40,000 nucleotides of DNA from Trichocoleus sp. (GTDB lineage: Bacteria > Cyanobacteriota > Cyanobacteriia > Elainellales > Elainellaceae), in the NCBI GenBank assembly GCA_036702865.1, contig DATNQD010000053.1, positions 1,611-41,610 of the forward strand, written 5' to 3'. Positions within the stretch are counted from its first letter, which is position 1. Each line of letters opens with the position of its first letter. The notes under the pieces were generated by a model. The model did no database searches. It saw only the letters and a list, made by a program, of their open reading frames with translations, and had not been told where the DNA came from. The position numbers and the translations under genes were made by a program. Shown here piece after piece: positions 17,401-27,900 of this stretch.

Positions 17401-17745
17401 GACGAATTTGTAAGTAGAGATGACTGGGAAAACTTGTGTCGCACTTCGCGGGAACAGTCCGCAATATCATTACGAAATCACCCTGATTTTTACAATCGCT
17501 GTCAACACTACGCGACTCAAGCAAAGCGGCAATTAGGCAATCGCTTGGAGCAACTTCAACTTCGGCTAGAACGCCAGTCTCAAGCGGATGTTGATGCATC
17601 TCTAATTCAAGAGATTGGGATTGAACGAGCGTTAAAACAGATTTTAGTCGATGGCATTCAGCATCCTCTGATTCGACTTGATTCCATTGGCTTTTACATT
17701 GTCTCTGGGCGATCACCCTGGCAAGATGAGGAGGTCATTGGTTAA
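14446..17745 (+). CDS. dpdE: SNF2/RapA-family ATPase, DpdE homologue
   Basis: 1099 aa. Motifs: ADEVGLGKT (15016-15042), LIVDEAQH, LLLSATP, GEEGHNLQ and QRNGRLSRIG. It is the first of six genes linked by start/stop overlaps, in the same order as dpdE-J of the Salmonella dpd island. Confidence 0.7.
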   Translation: MHYPTPQVHPLYIQSGSLVRSRLSSLGVGKVLSTSASEALVEYFVSIGERIQKKSSFNSLERIILQRHTRCYVWLEEHEVWQSGRIATWHDDDRRYEVHLPDKGVYYATEAEIYVRCDRPIEDPTEVLIMKGQETPFFHSRRSALVRCLIEQRAVSHGMPSLLSSNVDLYPHQVEVVRRVLEDPIQRYLLADEVGLGKTIEAGVILRQYLLDEPDGKALIVVPRPLLRQWKQELEAKFHLTDQVELLTVEDLPAYQYTTPPGFLIVDEAQHIAALAESTALQQRGYFTVIQRLAHQVDCLLLLSATPALNHERTFLAMLHLLDPITYRLEDIIGFKERVHLRQDIGRILLSFKESAPSFVLRASVGKLRSLFAQDPRLLTLIEQLEHSLSSPEANPTERGRVIRAIRTHISDTYRLHRRMLRNRRDTVEDVLLDQSKAKLQVEYDLDERSPTVQEYLDEWRIRAIAAAAGEDDPYYHQLRQVFLLLFSTSGTWLTFLEWVLLARLNGEVAPALIKELEATSLDLLLNTPQFLGEDDILQSLLDVIQQPSEYGDRIEHLQMVLEACVKSSRQKPAKIVVFTGFTHTCRELVQRLSSTLGKRAIATYQVGQSLDEIEKNTNQFKDDPSCCVLVCDTSGEEGHNLQFADWIIHFDLPLSPNRIEQRNGRLSRIGRNRLLQFVVFAGADTSDSLHGAWYEVLNSGFKIFQESIASLQFLVDRKIPDLETALFQLGAYGLSEAIQLIGGEITAEKIRIDEQNVLDEIDSLEEGATQYFKALDDYDARHQDIQEAVEAWLCQTLKFRRYEDDDAPEIIRYKRSSETLIPADDLIKYFRGYLNQPGTYQRRKALQHEEVVLHRIGEGLIETLSEYIHWDDRGQAFALWRHDETWPAEEGMEWVGFRFDYIVEANLTLVSQVFEQHGANYASQVALKRRMDAIFPPIVETIFLDTRMNVVKDQYLLNILQQPYSKKRQPTHDYSLSKGRVPIIDEFVSRDDWENLCRTSREQSAISLRNHPDFYNRCQHYATQAKRQLGNRLEQLQLRLERQSQADVDASLIQEIGIERALKQILVDGIQHPLIRLDSIGFYIVSGRSPWQDEEVIG

Positions 17746-20288
17746 TGCAAGACGTTTTTCAACAAATCCGAGATTACATAAGCGGTGAAGCTGTTGGATT
17801 ACCTCATCCTGAGAACTGTTCCGAGTCCTGCCAACGGCGTTTAGTGCGAGCTTTAAGAGAAACTGGAGCCTACAAACCAGGATCAAAAGACATAGTAGCG
17901 TTAATTCGCCATTTCCTACGACATGGAGCAACGCAACAAGGTAGTCCCTCTATTACTCAAAAAGTTTCGCGCAAGATAATTTCATATTTTGGGAAACCCA
18001 ATAACCAAAACTATTGGGAGTCATCGAGTCTCAAGGTTTTAAGGGAGGAGGCAGAATATTTTTTGGTTGATGCCAATCCTTGGCAACCTAATTGGTTGAA
18101 TGAGAGTGCTTGGGAAACACTTGATATAGCAGCTTTTCAAGAAATTGAACGACGCACGACAGAATCCGTATCAGGAGACCCATTCTTATCTCAAATGGGA
18201 TTGAAAACATATCAAAGCTCAGGGCAGCGTCAAGCAATCCGATCAATTTTAACTGCCCCTTCTACTTCGACATTGGTCATCAATTTACCTACTGGCTCTG
18301 GAAAAAGTCTTTGTGCCCATCTACCTGCATGGCTACAGTCTGGCTCAGTTGGTGTAACTATCGTAGTTGTGCCAACGACTGCTCTAGCCATCGACCAAGA
18401 ACGAGCCTTTCAATCCCGGACAAAGACTAGTGATGCAGTTGCTTATTATCAGGATGATTCTTTACCTGGGCAGGAACGGCGTGAGGAGATTCGCAATCGA
18501 ATTCGTAACGGTACTCAACGAATTGTTTTTACCTCCCCAGAGGGACTTTTAGATTCTCTGGCAGGTAGTGTGTATGAAGCGGCAGAACGAGGGTTCTTAC
18601 GTTACTTCATAATCGATGAGGCTCACATGGTTGAGCAGTGGGGGGATGAGTTCCGCCCCAGTTTTCAAGAATTGCCTGGATTTCGCCGCTCTCTTCTCAG
18701 GCTTACCTCATTCCCAACAATTCTATTAACTGCAACACTGACTTCATCTTGTCTGGATACCCTAGAAACTTTGTTTGCAGAACCAGGTCCGTTCCAAACA
18801 CTCTCAGCAGTTCAGTTGCGTCCAGAGCCTTCCTACTGGTTTGCCTGGTGTCGTAGCCAGGAAGAGCGGCAGCAACGCCTACTCGAATCCTTAGACAATT
18901 TACCCCGACCTATCATTATCTATGGTAGCAAGAAACAGGATGTAGAAGATTGGTTCAAAACTCTGCAGAACAGTGGTTTCAAACGTTCTTCTATGATGAC
19001 GGGCGACTCATCACTTGCAGAACGACTAAAACTTTTGGAAGACTGGCAAAATTGTCGAGTAGATATTGTCGTTGCCACGTCTGCCTTTGGATTAGGAGTA
19101 GATTTGCCAGATGTTAGGGTTGTTATACACGGATGTGTGCCGGAAACAATAGATCGTTTCTATCAGGAAGTAGGTCGTGGTGGTCGAGATGGAAAAGCAA
19201 CAATTTCTCTGACTCTGCACACCACTGCTGATTTAGATATTGCTGCCAAACTCAATGAGAAGTCCTTCATCACAATCGATTTGGGTCGTCAGCGATGGAC
19301 TGCGATGTTTAACAAGAAGACTGCCTATTCTAATGGGTGTTATTGTGTTCCAGTTGACACGGCACCCTCTTATAGCCCTGACTTGATAGGCGATCGCAAT
19401 CGTGCCTGGAACATACGAACATTGACTTTAATGAGCCGTTCAGGATTAATTTCCCTGGATTCTCAGCCACCTCCAAAACAAATTAATTTTGACTCCGAAG
19501 TAGAATATCAACGAGCATTGCAAACGAATCGAAATCTACGCATTCTTCAGATTCAGAATGAATATCACTTGGAGTCAGAAACCTGGCAAACGATCGTCGA
19601 ACCTATCCGTCAACAACAGCAACAATGGACTTATAAAAGTCTGAAACTTATGAGAGAGGCATTACGAGGAAAGCGTTGCCTTTCAGAAATCTTTGCTGAA
19701 GCTTACCGTATTCCTACTCGTGAAGACCCTCGCAGAAGTCAAGTTTTTGTCTCTCTTTCCTGTGGTAGTTGCTCATTTTGCCGTCAACAAAACCGTCAAC
19801 CTTTTTTTGGTATCTCACCCAATCCATTACCTGTTTGGAAGCAGCCTGCCTTTTATGTTGGCGAAACATTACAAGAAAAACTAGCAGGATTTCAACAGCT
19901 ATTCATCTTTTACTCCCCTCCTGCTAACAAACTAACAGAGTTGCGTCGAGGCAAATTCTTTAAGTGGCTTATTGATCAGGGGATTCGAAATCTAGTTGCC
20001 CCTCTAAGTTTGTATGAATCGCTAGCAAAGACTGCTGGCAAAACTCCTATCTTTTTATTTGAGGAGTACGACTCATTGCGAATGCCCAAAATTCCAACCC
20101 TCGTTATTCATCCTGAGAAAATTTCTTTACCATCAAAATACCTGCTTCCCTTATCCTCTGAGGCTCCTATCGTTCTCTTCTTGCCTATTGATACTCCTGA
20201 TCCCAAAGTCCCCCATCGCCGACTAATTGAGGTCTGTTCAGGCCGGCATTTTACCTTCGACTCCTTCTGCATGGAGATTAGCCTATGA
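17745..20288 (+). CDS. dpdF: RecQ-like DEAH-box helicase, DpdF homologue
   Basis: 847 aa. The ATG overlaps the dpdE stop (TAATG at 17743-17747), with GAGGAGG upstream. Motifs: PTGSGKS (18288-18308), FIIDEAHMV, LLTATLT, ATSAFGLGVDLPDVRVVIH, QEVGRGGRDG. Confidence 0.7.
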   Translation: MQDVFQQIRDYISGEAVGLPHPENCSESCQRRLVRALRETGAYKPGSKDIVALIRHFLRHGATQQGSPSITQKVSRKIISYFGKPNNQNYWESSSLKVLREEAEYFLVDANPWQPNWLNESAWETLDIAAFQEIERRTTESVSGDPFLSQMGLKTYQSSGQRQAIRSILTAPSTSTLVINLPTGSGKSLCAHLPAWLQSGSVGVTIVVVPTTALAIDQERAFQSRTKTSDAVAYYQDDSLPGQERREEIRNRIRNGTQRIVFTSPEGLLDSLAGSVYEAAERGFLRYFIIDEAHMVEQWGDEFRPSFQELPGFRRSLLRLTSFPTILLTATLTSSCLDTLETLFAEPGPFQTLSAVQLRPEPSYWFAWCRSQEERQQRLLESLDNLPRPIIIYGSKKQDVEDWFKTLQNSGFKRSSMMTGDSSLAERLKLLEDWQNCRVDIVVATSAFGLGVDLPDVRVVIHGCVPETIDRFYQEVGRGGRDGKATISLTLHTTADLDIAAKLNEKSFITIDLGRQRWTAMFNKKTAYSNGCYCVPVDTAPSYSPDLIGDRNRAWNIRTLTLMSRSGLISLDSQPPPKQINFDSEVEYQRALQTNRNLRILQIQNEYHLESETWQTIVEPIRQQQQQWTYKSLKLMREALRGKRCLSEIFAEAYRIPTREDPRRSQVFVSLSCGSCSFCRQQNRQPFFGISPNPLPVWKQPAFYVGETLQEKLAGFQQLFIFYSPPANKLTELRRGKFFKWLIDQGIRNLVAPLSLYESLAKTAGKTPIFLFEEYDSLRMPKIPTLVIHPEKISLPSKYLLPLSSEAPIVLFLPIDTPDPKVPHRRLIEVCSGRHFTFDSFCMEISL

Positions 20289-21160
20289 GCGTCCTGAAAC
20301 AAGTGCTAGCCACACCTAGTAGAGTCAAAGGGGTAGTCCGCTATCTACTGCAATGTAGAAAGCAACAGGAAAAAATAGACACACTAGAGAAAATCCTGTC
20401 CCCCGAAACTCTGATTAGTAAGGGAGAAGATAAGAAAGTATCACGCGATATGGTGCATTCCACAATATTAGAGTGTATCAAGATGGGGCTTTTGGAACGG
20501 GAAGATGAGGTTGTAAGGTTGCATCCTATCCTTTCGTTAAAAGATGACACAGTTCTACCAAATATCCTGTTGAGTCTAATACTCTCCCCCGAAAATTCTG
20601 AGAATCATGATTTAGCGATAGTAATAGCGTGGTATTTGGCCCAGGATTTCTACGAAGCTCCCAAAAACTGGCAGGAAGCTGAAGAGAAACTGAAGCAAAT
20701 TGATTCTGAATTACTAGGACTCGACCGCACGCGGTTTGACCAGTTTGAATACTGGGCTTGTTACTTGGGACTCGCTTGGCAACATAATTTAGGAAAAAAT
20801 AGAAATTCTGTTCTTGTACCTGATCCAACCGCCTGCTTAAAACAACTGCTACCTAATTTATTTGAACAGGTCGGTGAGCCACTTTCTCTGCCAGAATTTG
20901 TGAATTGTTTAGCAAAAACCTGTCCTATCTTTGAGTTAGGGCGTTTTCGGGAAGACATCGAGAACAAACTTAATCGAAGACAATTGAATCATCTTTCCTC
21001 TGTAACTACAATTTCACTTTTACGATTACAAGATGAAGGATTAATTCGGCTTTCTAAGCCCTCAGATAGTGAGATTTTTGTTCTGAATGATGGTGAAGAA
21101 GTACAGCGTATTTCTCACATTACTTGGTACGGTACAAAAAGAGGAGCAGGAAGGCCATGA
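20285..21160 (+). CDS. dpdG: hypothetical protein at the DpdG position
   Basis: 291 aa, with an ATGA overlap onto dpdF (20285-20288). I recognise no motif. The assignment rests only on position and size within the dpdE-J order. Confidence 0.45.
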   Translation: MSVLKQVLATPSRVKGVVRYLLQCRKQQEKIDTLEKILSPETLISKGEDKKVSRDMVHSTILECIKMGLLEREDEVVRLHPILSLKDDTVLPNILLSLILSPENSENHDLAIVIAWYLAQDFYEAPKNWQEAEEKLKQIDSELLGLDRTRFDQFEYWACYLGLAWQHNLGKNRNSVLVPDPTACLKQLLPNLFEQVGEPLSLPEFVNCLAKTCPIFELGRFREDIENKLNRRQLNHLSSVTTISLLRLQDEGLIRLSKPSDSEIFVLNDGEEVQRISHITWYGTKRGAGRP

Positions 21161-24100
21161 CATTTACCAAATATGCTTGCTGGCATTTAGACAGGGTACG
21201 CAATGTCATGAACGTTGAAGCGACATTGCCTTCCGATCCGACCTTTATGGCGACACATCAATCTGTTCCTATGTATCGCCAAAACTTAACGGAGAAAGCT
21301 GCAAACATTGAATATGATGAAGTCACCTTTTTGCAGGATTTCTTGGCATCTCCTGATTTTGCCTTTGTACCCGTGTTAGGAGATTCGGGAACAGGGAAAT
21401 CTCACTTAATTCGTTGGCTCTATATTCAAATCAAGCAATTACGCTCAGATTTGAATCACAGAATACTGCTAATCCCTAAAGTAAAAACTAATCTACGCGA
21501 CATTCTTGATCTGCTTCTACAGGATTTAGAAGGACCAGAATTTGATGAATATCGTAAACGCTTAAGAGCAACCTCAACAACTCTCACTGATATAGAGGCG
21601 CGACAACAATTACTGGCTAATTTGGCGATCGCAGTAGGGCGCAAAGCACTAGACTATCCTGCTAATCTTTCAGAGATTCAGGCGTATTTGGTTGAGGCTC
21701 TACCCGATTTCCTGAATGATCCTTATTTTCGTAGGCACTGGCTGAAAGATGAGGGTATTATTCATCGACTAGTTATCCATACGCTAGGTCACCGAGACTC
21801 TGTTGAACCAGTAGAAGAACGGCGACAGTTTGCGCTTGATGACTTACCGCTCAGTGCATCAGACTTGAAAAACGCCAGTGCCCAAGCTCGTGATTTCTTT
21901 GCTTTCCTAATTGGCAACGAAGAAGTTCAGCAGGAGACAGTGAAATGGCTTAATCGTCACCTAGATGAAGCTATTGCTCGTGTCCTTAATTTAGGGCGAG
22001 AAGACCTACAGCGCTTGATGTTAGATGTGCGACGAGCTTTAGCTAAACAAAATATTGAATTAATTCTATTGATCGAAGACTTCGCTAAGCTACAAGGAAT
22101 TGATCGAGAAGTTCTTGAATCTGTACTAGCGCGTACACAGCAGGATAGCAAAGAACCTCTATGCACGATGCGAACGGCCCTAGCTTGTACAACTGGCTAT
22201 TTTCGAAGCTTGCTAGATACTATTCGAGGGCGAGTTGAATTCCTTATTAACTTAGACATAGAAACAACTGATGATCAGATTTTGATGCCTCATTTGCTTC
22301 AGTTAGTTACTAAGTATTTAAACACAGTTCGTTTGGATGAAAATCAAATCCAAAGTTGGTTTGAGAATGGCGAGGATCGCTTGGGGGAAAACCCTGTTCC
22401 AATTGCATGTGCAGACTGTCCTTTTCGTGAACCATGTCATACAGGGTTTGGAGAGATTAATGGAATCGGGCTTTACCCCTTTACGGTTAAAGCTTTGGAA
22501 AGAATGCACGACCGCATCAAGGGAAACAACTTTAACCCGCGTAGTTTAATTAAGAATGTTCTACGTCATACACTGGAGTATCACAGACATGATCTAGAAA
22601 GAGGGTATTTCCCTTCTATAATGCTGCGAGAGCATTTTGGTCAATCCACTATTGACCCTCGAACTCGTCAAGAAATCGAACGACGCGACTCACAAAACGC
22701 TCGTCGCCGTGAAGTGCTACTGGATTTTTGGACAGACGGGCAGGAACTGCGTGACCTTTCCAATGAAATTCATACTGCTTTCGATTTACCTGCGTTGGGT
22801 GTGGAGATACAACCAACGCTTACCCCAAGAATTGTTGCTAAGGTCGCAGAAGCTCCAGCAATAGTGACAGTTTTTAAGCCTGGTTATGATTCCACTCCGG
22901 AGCTAATATCCCAGACAAGTTTCCCACCAGCAGAATTACTTCCTGCTCTAGACATGTTAAGAGCCTGGAGTAATGGTGCTCAACTTCCTCAAAATTTGGC
23001 TCAGGAGTTACGTACTCTGCTGTACGAAGCGATTAAGCAGCACATCGATTGGGATGCAGAGTTACTTCTTTTTAGTCAGGTTGGAAAACTGTTTGACAAG
23101 GCTCGTAACATCAACTTCCAAAATGCAGCCACAGACTCTGAAGTTAAATCTGGCATAAAACTAATATTGCCTTTAAACTCTCAAGATCTCGACAATACGG
23201 TTATTGCTCTAAGGGCATTACTCTTCTACAACTATTACAAAACTTGGAAGTATCCTGGTGGAACTGCTGATTTTCGTGCATATGCGCGGCAGTTAGAGAA
23301 ATGGAGTCAGTGGGTTCTGCAACAAATTTACAATCGGCCTCGACAATCGGGTGAACTTTGGAATCCTGTGCCTGCTGCTGCTGAGTTGATCGTGATCGGA
23401 GCCAGGATGGCGGGTTGTTCAATGGATTCAACGGAAGATCTGGTCAATGCTGTATTTGTCAAACCTGAGGATTCAGAACTAGACAAGCGATCAGCTACTT
23501 GGCGAAAACTATTTACAACTATCACTACAAATTATGACCAAATGAAGAACCGCGCTAGTTTACGAGACATCATTGACAGTCGTATTTCCTGCACAAAAGG
23601 AGGTGCAACAGGCTTTAAGGTCATTGACGCAGCTCAACTCATTGCTCCTTTAAGGGCGGTGGCACAAGGTTGGCAACCCAGGTGCGAAATTCCGGAGGAC
23701 TTTAGGGCAGAGGAGTTTAAAGCAATTCAACAAACGCGTGAACAAGTTGACTTATTACTGTCGCAAGCAGTCTTCGAGGAGCGTGACCGTCAATTGACTG
23801 TTTATCGTCGCTTAATTGCAGAATTAGGCAGTGATTTTATGCAAAAGGATGTTGCTGAGGCTTTACAGCAAACTATTCAGACAGTTCGTGATGCGGGTGT
23901 ATCAGGCATCGCAAATTTGAAGGGAGTAGAGGAGGCAGTTGAAATATTCAGGGGGGCAAGATTAAGAGATTGGATCAACACGATGAAACGGGTTGAACAT
24001 GAAACTGAGGTTGGTTGTCTTCTGTCACAATTAAGTGGCACATCCCATCGCCCCATTGAAGTGATTACACAATTTCTTGATCAAGCCAGAAACTTTATAG

Positions 24101-24252
24101 ATAAATCACTCAATCAAACTCAAAACAAAATAACTCAACTTGAGCAAGGGGGCGGCAAAGACCTTCAAGCTACTGAACAGGCGATTCAACAAGGACTTTC
24201 AGAACTGCTGGAATTTGTTGAAGAGATTCAAGGAGAAACACTATGCTTTTAG
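21157..24252 (+). CDS. dpdH: large P-loop NTPase at the DpdH position
   Basis: I prefer ATG 21157, which makes an ATGA overlap with the upstream stop and has GAGGAGCAGGAAGG upstream. The track's 21124 start is a TTG. Walker A GDSGTGKS is at 21379-21402 and a Walker B-like LILLIEDF follows. The product is 1031 aa. Confidence 0.55.
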   Translation: MTFTKYACWHLDRVRNVMNVEATLPSDPTFMATHQSVPMYRQNLTEKAANIEYDEVTFLQDFLASPDFAFVPVLGDSGTGKSHLIRWLYIQIKQLRSDLNHRILLIPKVKTNLRDILDLLLQDLEGPEFDEYRKRLRATSTTLTDIEARQQLLANLAIAVGRKALDYPANLSEIQAYLVEALPDFLNDPYFRRHWLKDEGIIHRLVIHTLGHRDSVEPVEERRQFALDDLPLSASDLKNASAQARDFFAFLIGNEEVQQETVKWLNRHLDEAIARVLNLGREDLQRLMLDVRRALAKQNIELILLIEDFAKLQGIDREVLESVLARTQQDSKEPLCTMRTALACTTGYFRSLLDTIRGRVEFLINLDIETTDDQILMPHLLQLVTKYLNTVRLDENQIQSWFENGEDRLGENPVPIACADCPFREPCHTGFGEINGIGLYPFTVKALERMHDRIKGNNFNPRSLIKNVLRHTLEYHRHDLERGYFPSIMLREHFGQSTIDPRTRQEIERRDSQNARRREVLLDFWTDGQELRDLSNEIHTAFDLPALGVEIQPTLTPRIVAKVAEAPAIVTVFKPGYDSTPELISQTSFPPAELLPALDMLRAWSNGAQLPQNLAQELRTLLYEAIKQHIDWDAELLLFSQVGKLFDKARNINFQNAATDSEVKSGIKLILPLNSQDLDNTVIALRALLFYNYYKTWKYPGGTADFRAYARQLEKWSQWVLQQIYNRPRQSGELWNPVPAAAELIVIGARMAGCSMDSTEDLVNAVFVKPEDSELDKRSATWRKLFTTITTNYDQMKNRASLRDIIDSRISCTKGGATGFKVIDAAQLIAPLRAVAQGWQPRCEIPEDFRAEEFKAIQQTREQVDLLLSQAVFEERDRQLTVYRRLIAELGSDFMQKDVAEALQQTIQTVRDAGVSGIANLKGVEEAVEIFRGARLRDWINTMKRVEHETEVGCLLSQLSGTSHRPIEVITQFLDQARNFIDKSLNQTQNKITQLEQGGGKDLQATEQAIQQGLSELLEFVEEIQGETLCF

Positions 24253-24950
24253 CGGACTGCCAACGCCTGAGAGATTTAGCTCAACATTCTGTTGGGCTAA
24301 AAGAGCGATTAGAGCAGGCTAACTTGTTTATTAAAAGGCAGGAGCAAATACAGGCAGCGTTAGATCGATTACAACCAGCAGTTGTTGCGTTTCGAGTATT
24401 GCGCGATCGCAACTTGATTACCTTGGAATTAAGTCAACAAACTGAGAGCTTTCTAGCTACGCTTCAACAAATCAATACACAGTTTTGTGCTCAACCCACC
24501 TGGATTTTAGAAACTAAAAATTTTAATCCTAAGCCTTTCCAAGCTCAAGTTGATTCTCTAGCAAATTCTTTAGAGCAAAACTTAAGTAAAGCATGGGCTA
24601 CCTACTGTGATCAGCGCATGCCGAGCAGCAACACTGAAATGCTTACGGTTTTGGGTAGGATCGCAACCCTCAAACATACTGTACAGACCATTCAAATACT
24701 CTCTGATGTGATTAAAAAAGTGGCGTACCCCAAAAGTACGGAAGAGTTCGAACAAATTGAGAAGAAGCTAACGCAATTATCAGAGTCTTGGAATAGCCTT
24801 AAGTCTGATGATATGCCCAATATGGTTCAACGTTTTTTGAGAGCGGCAGCAACCGAAGGCGCACCTGTAACGTTGTTAACAGAGGAGGTGAAGGACTGGC
24901 TAATTCAGCGCGGGCTTATTGATTCATTCCAGATCAGATCAATCAGTTGA
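24243..24950 (+). CDS. dpdI: hypothetical helical protein at the DpdI position
   Basis: 235 aa. The start overlaps the upstream gene by 10 nt. I recognise no motif; the assignment is by position only. Confidence 0.4.
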   Translation: MLLADCQRLRDLAQHSVGLKERLEQANLFIKRQEQIQAALDRLQPAVVAFRVLRDRNLITLELSQQTESFLATLQQINTQFCAQPTWILETKNFNPKPFQAQVDSLANSLEQNLSKAWATYCDQRMPSSNTEMLTVLGRIATLKHTVQTIQILSDVIKKVAYPKSTEEFEQIEKKLTQLSESWNSLKSDDMPNMVQRFLRAAATEGAPVTLLTEEVKDWLIQRGLIDSFQIRSIS

Positions 24951-24959
24951 ACCTATTAA

Positions 24960-27900
24960 GTGAAGTTGATCATGGGTGATTCTATAGACAGTTTAGTTCG
25001 TGATTTCCTGAATTCTTTAGAGAAGTTGGAAATTCGCCTTCTTGCGTGGGGCGTGGTGGATATTAGGGGAGGCTTCAGGGAAGAAGAAATCATAGAGCTT
25101 GCCGAGAATTTTATTGAGGTACAGCAGGCTGAGATAGATCCAGTGGATCTTGTGGCAGAGTTAGTGAACCGATGCCTGTTAATTGAACTGAATTCAAGAA
25201 GCGATCGCATCTACCGAACTCGTATGGCTGAGGCAGTCCGTCTTTTTGCGCGACTGCGGCAACTTTTTCCCAATCGAGATTGGCAAACCTCTTCAACGCT
25301 GGTAGCAGACTATCGCTTCTCTTTACGACAGCGAGTTTACCCACGGCGCAGCATCAATCCAGAACAAGTTGTTCAACGGATCGAAACAGACAAGTTGCTG
25401 ACTCCCACTCAGCGTGATGCATTAGAGGCAATGTTGCGCTCGCCTAACCGCACTTTGGAACTGGCGGATTTTCAGCTTCGAGCTACTGCTCGCATGTTAC
25501 GGGATCTCAATAGCCCGAAAAGTCGCGGCATGATTGTTTGTGCAGGAACAGGAACAGGCAAGACTTTGGCGTTTTACTTGCCTGCCCTGACTTATATTGC
25601 CGGATTGGTGAGAAAAACATTTTGGACAAAAGCGATCGCCATTTATCCACGCAATGAACTGTTGAAGGATCAGTTTTCTGAAACTTATACTGAGGCGCGC
25701 CGTTTAGATTCAGTGCTTACTGCTCAAGGGCAACGCAAGATTTTGATTGGAGCCTTCTTTGGTTTAACTCCTATAGAAGCCACGCTAGAAGACAAACGAC
25801 TCAAGGAGAAATGGACATCAGAGCGGGATGGCTTCACTTGTCCTTACCTCCGTTGTCCGCAATGCAACGGGGCTTTAAGTTGGAAGCGGGAGGATGTAGC
25901 CAAACGCAAGGAGCAATTGACCTGTTTAGACCGTGACTGTGGCGTTGTGATTCGTGACGATGAAATTATTCTGACCCGCAATCGCATGACCAAGTTTCCC
26001 CCCGATCTACTTTTCACTACGACCGAGATGCTCAACCGCTTGATGGGCGATTCTCAATATGGGCACATTTTTGGTGTGGGAGCAGACAAGACACCGCAAA
26101 TTGTTCTGCTGGATGAAGTTCACACCTATACCGGAATTCATGGAGCACAGGTTGCCTATCTACTACGGCGTTGGCAGCATGTCGTTGGTAAGCGAGTTCA
26201 GTTCACTGGCTTGTCAGCGACGCTACGCAGTGCAACTGAATTTTTCACACAGCTTGTTGGTTTAGCACCAGGAGCAGTGGAAGAAATTTCTCCTGGTGAT
26301 GACATGCAACCGGAGGGCATGGAATACCTCTTAGCATTGCGAGGTGATCCTGTGTCAGGAACTAGCTTGCTTTCTACGAGCATCCAAGCAGCAATGCTGT
26401 TGAGGCGAGTCCTTGATCCCTCAACCGATCCTCCTAGCGATGGCACTTATGGTTCTCGTGTGTTTGCTTTCACCGATGACCTTGATGTCACCAATCGCCT
26501 CTATCACAACTTGCTGGATGCAGAAGGGCGTAATAGTCGGCAACAGCCAATCAAACAGCCTCTAGCAGCGTTGAGGAATCTTCATGACGACGATCGTCTT
26601 ATTGCTGGGCAGTCGTGGTCTTTATGCCGTGATATTGGGCATAACTTAACGACTCACTTACAGGTTAGTCGGACGAGTTCTCAAGATACTGGGGTTGATC
26701 GACAAGCCGATGTAATCGTAGCAACCGCAGCACTGGAAGTTGGGTTTAATGATCCTAATGTAGGAGCCGTGATTCAGCACAAAGCTCCTAAAGATATGGC
26801 ATCCTTTCTACAGCGTAAGGGACGAGCAGGACGTAGCAGGGCAATGCGTCCCTGGACGGTCGTGGTGCTGTCTGATTATGGGCGCGATCGCATTGCTTAT
26901 CAAAGCTACGACTTGCTGTTTGATCCCACCCTTGAAGAGCGATTACTTCCTATCGCCAACCGCTATGTTATTCGTATCCAAGCCACATTTGCTTGCATGG
27001 ACTGGATCGCACAGCAAATGCAACGTGCTCCCCAAGGGAGTATCTGGAAAGACTTTTCTAAGCCTTCTTCCTTCTCACCGCAGCAGCAGCGTCAGCAGCA
27101 AGCTAAAACGATAATTCAATCTATCCTTAAAAACGAAAAACAGCAGCAAGCTCTAGAAAGCTACCTTCAGTCTGCACTCAAGATTTCTTGGGGGGAGACA
27201 CAAGCCATTCTGTGGGGGCCTCCCAGAGCATTGATGACAGCGGTTTTACCCACCCTCCTCCGACGACTAGAGGCAAATTGGCAACGGCTCCCATTGCCAG
27301 GGGAACCCGAGTTGGACTATCACACGGACGATCCCTTACCTGACTTTGTACCGGCTAGCCTCTTTAGCGACTTATTACTACCTGAAGTTCGCATTGTTAC
27401 ACCTCCTGCCACCCAGCAGACGACAGAATCCGATGAATACTATCTACCGATCCTTCAGGCTCTCAAAACTTTTGCACCTGGGCGTGTTTCCCGGCGTTTT
27501 GGGGTGCAACGCAGCCAGATTAGCCATTGGATTGCACCACCTGAGTTGATCGCTGGACATCAGACTTTATTGATCGACCAATACTGTGCTGAGTTTGAGG
27601 AAGCTGGCACATTCCAGATTTGGCAGCAGGAAGGAGTTGCAAATATTCGCTGTATTCGTCCTTGGACACTGAGGGTTGCTCAGATTCCGTCGGAAGTTAG
27701 TGATAAATCGAATGCACAACTGCAATGGCATACACAAATTGTTCCACCAACCAGCGGCAATTCATTAGACTTACCTCAAGGATCGCTATGGTTAGAGATT
27801 GTTTCTGAGCTTTGTAGCTTTACTCATAACCAGCAAAATCCCTTAGAGGTAAGACGTTTTGCTCTGGGTTCTCAGGCAAATCTACGAGTCAAGCGCAATC

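Noticed and set aside
21124-21156. Upstream TTG start for the DpdH-position gene (also TTG 7684, TTG 38176, GTG 32612 and the 3644 start in the track).
   Set aside because: In each case a downstream ATG has a much better Shine-Dalgarno-like sequence, and for 21157 an ATGA overlap with the preceding stop. The longer versions cannot be excluded without N-terminal data.
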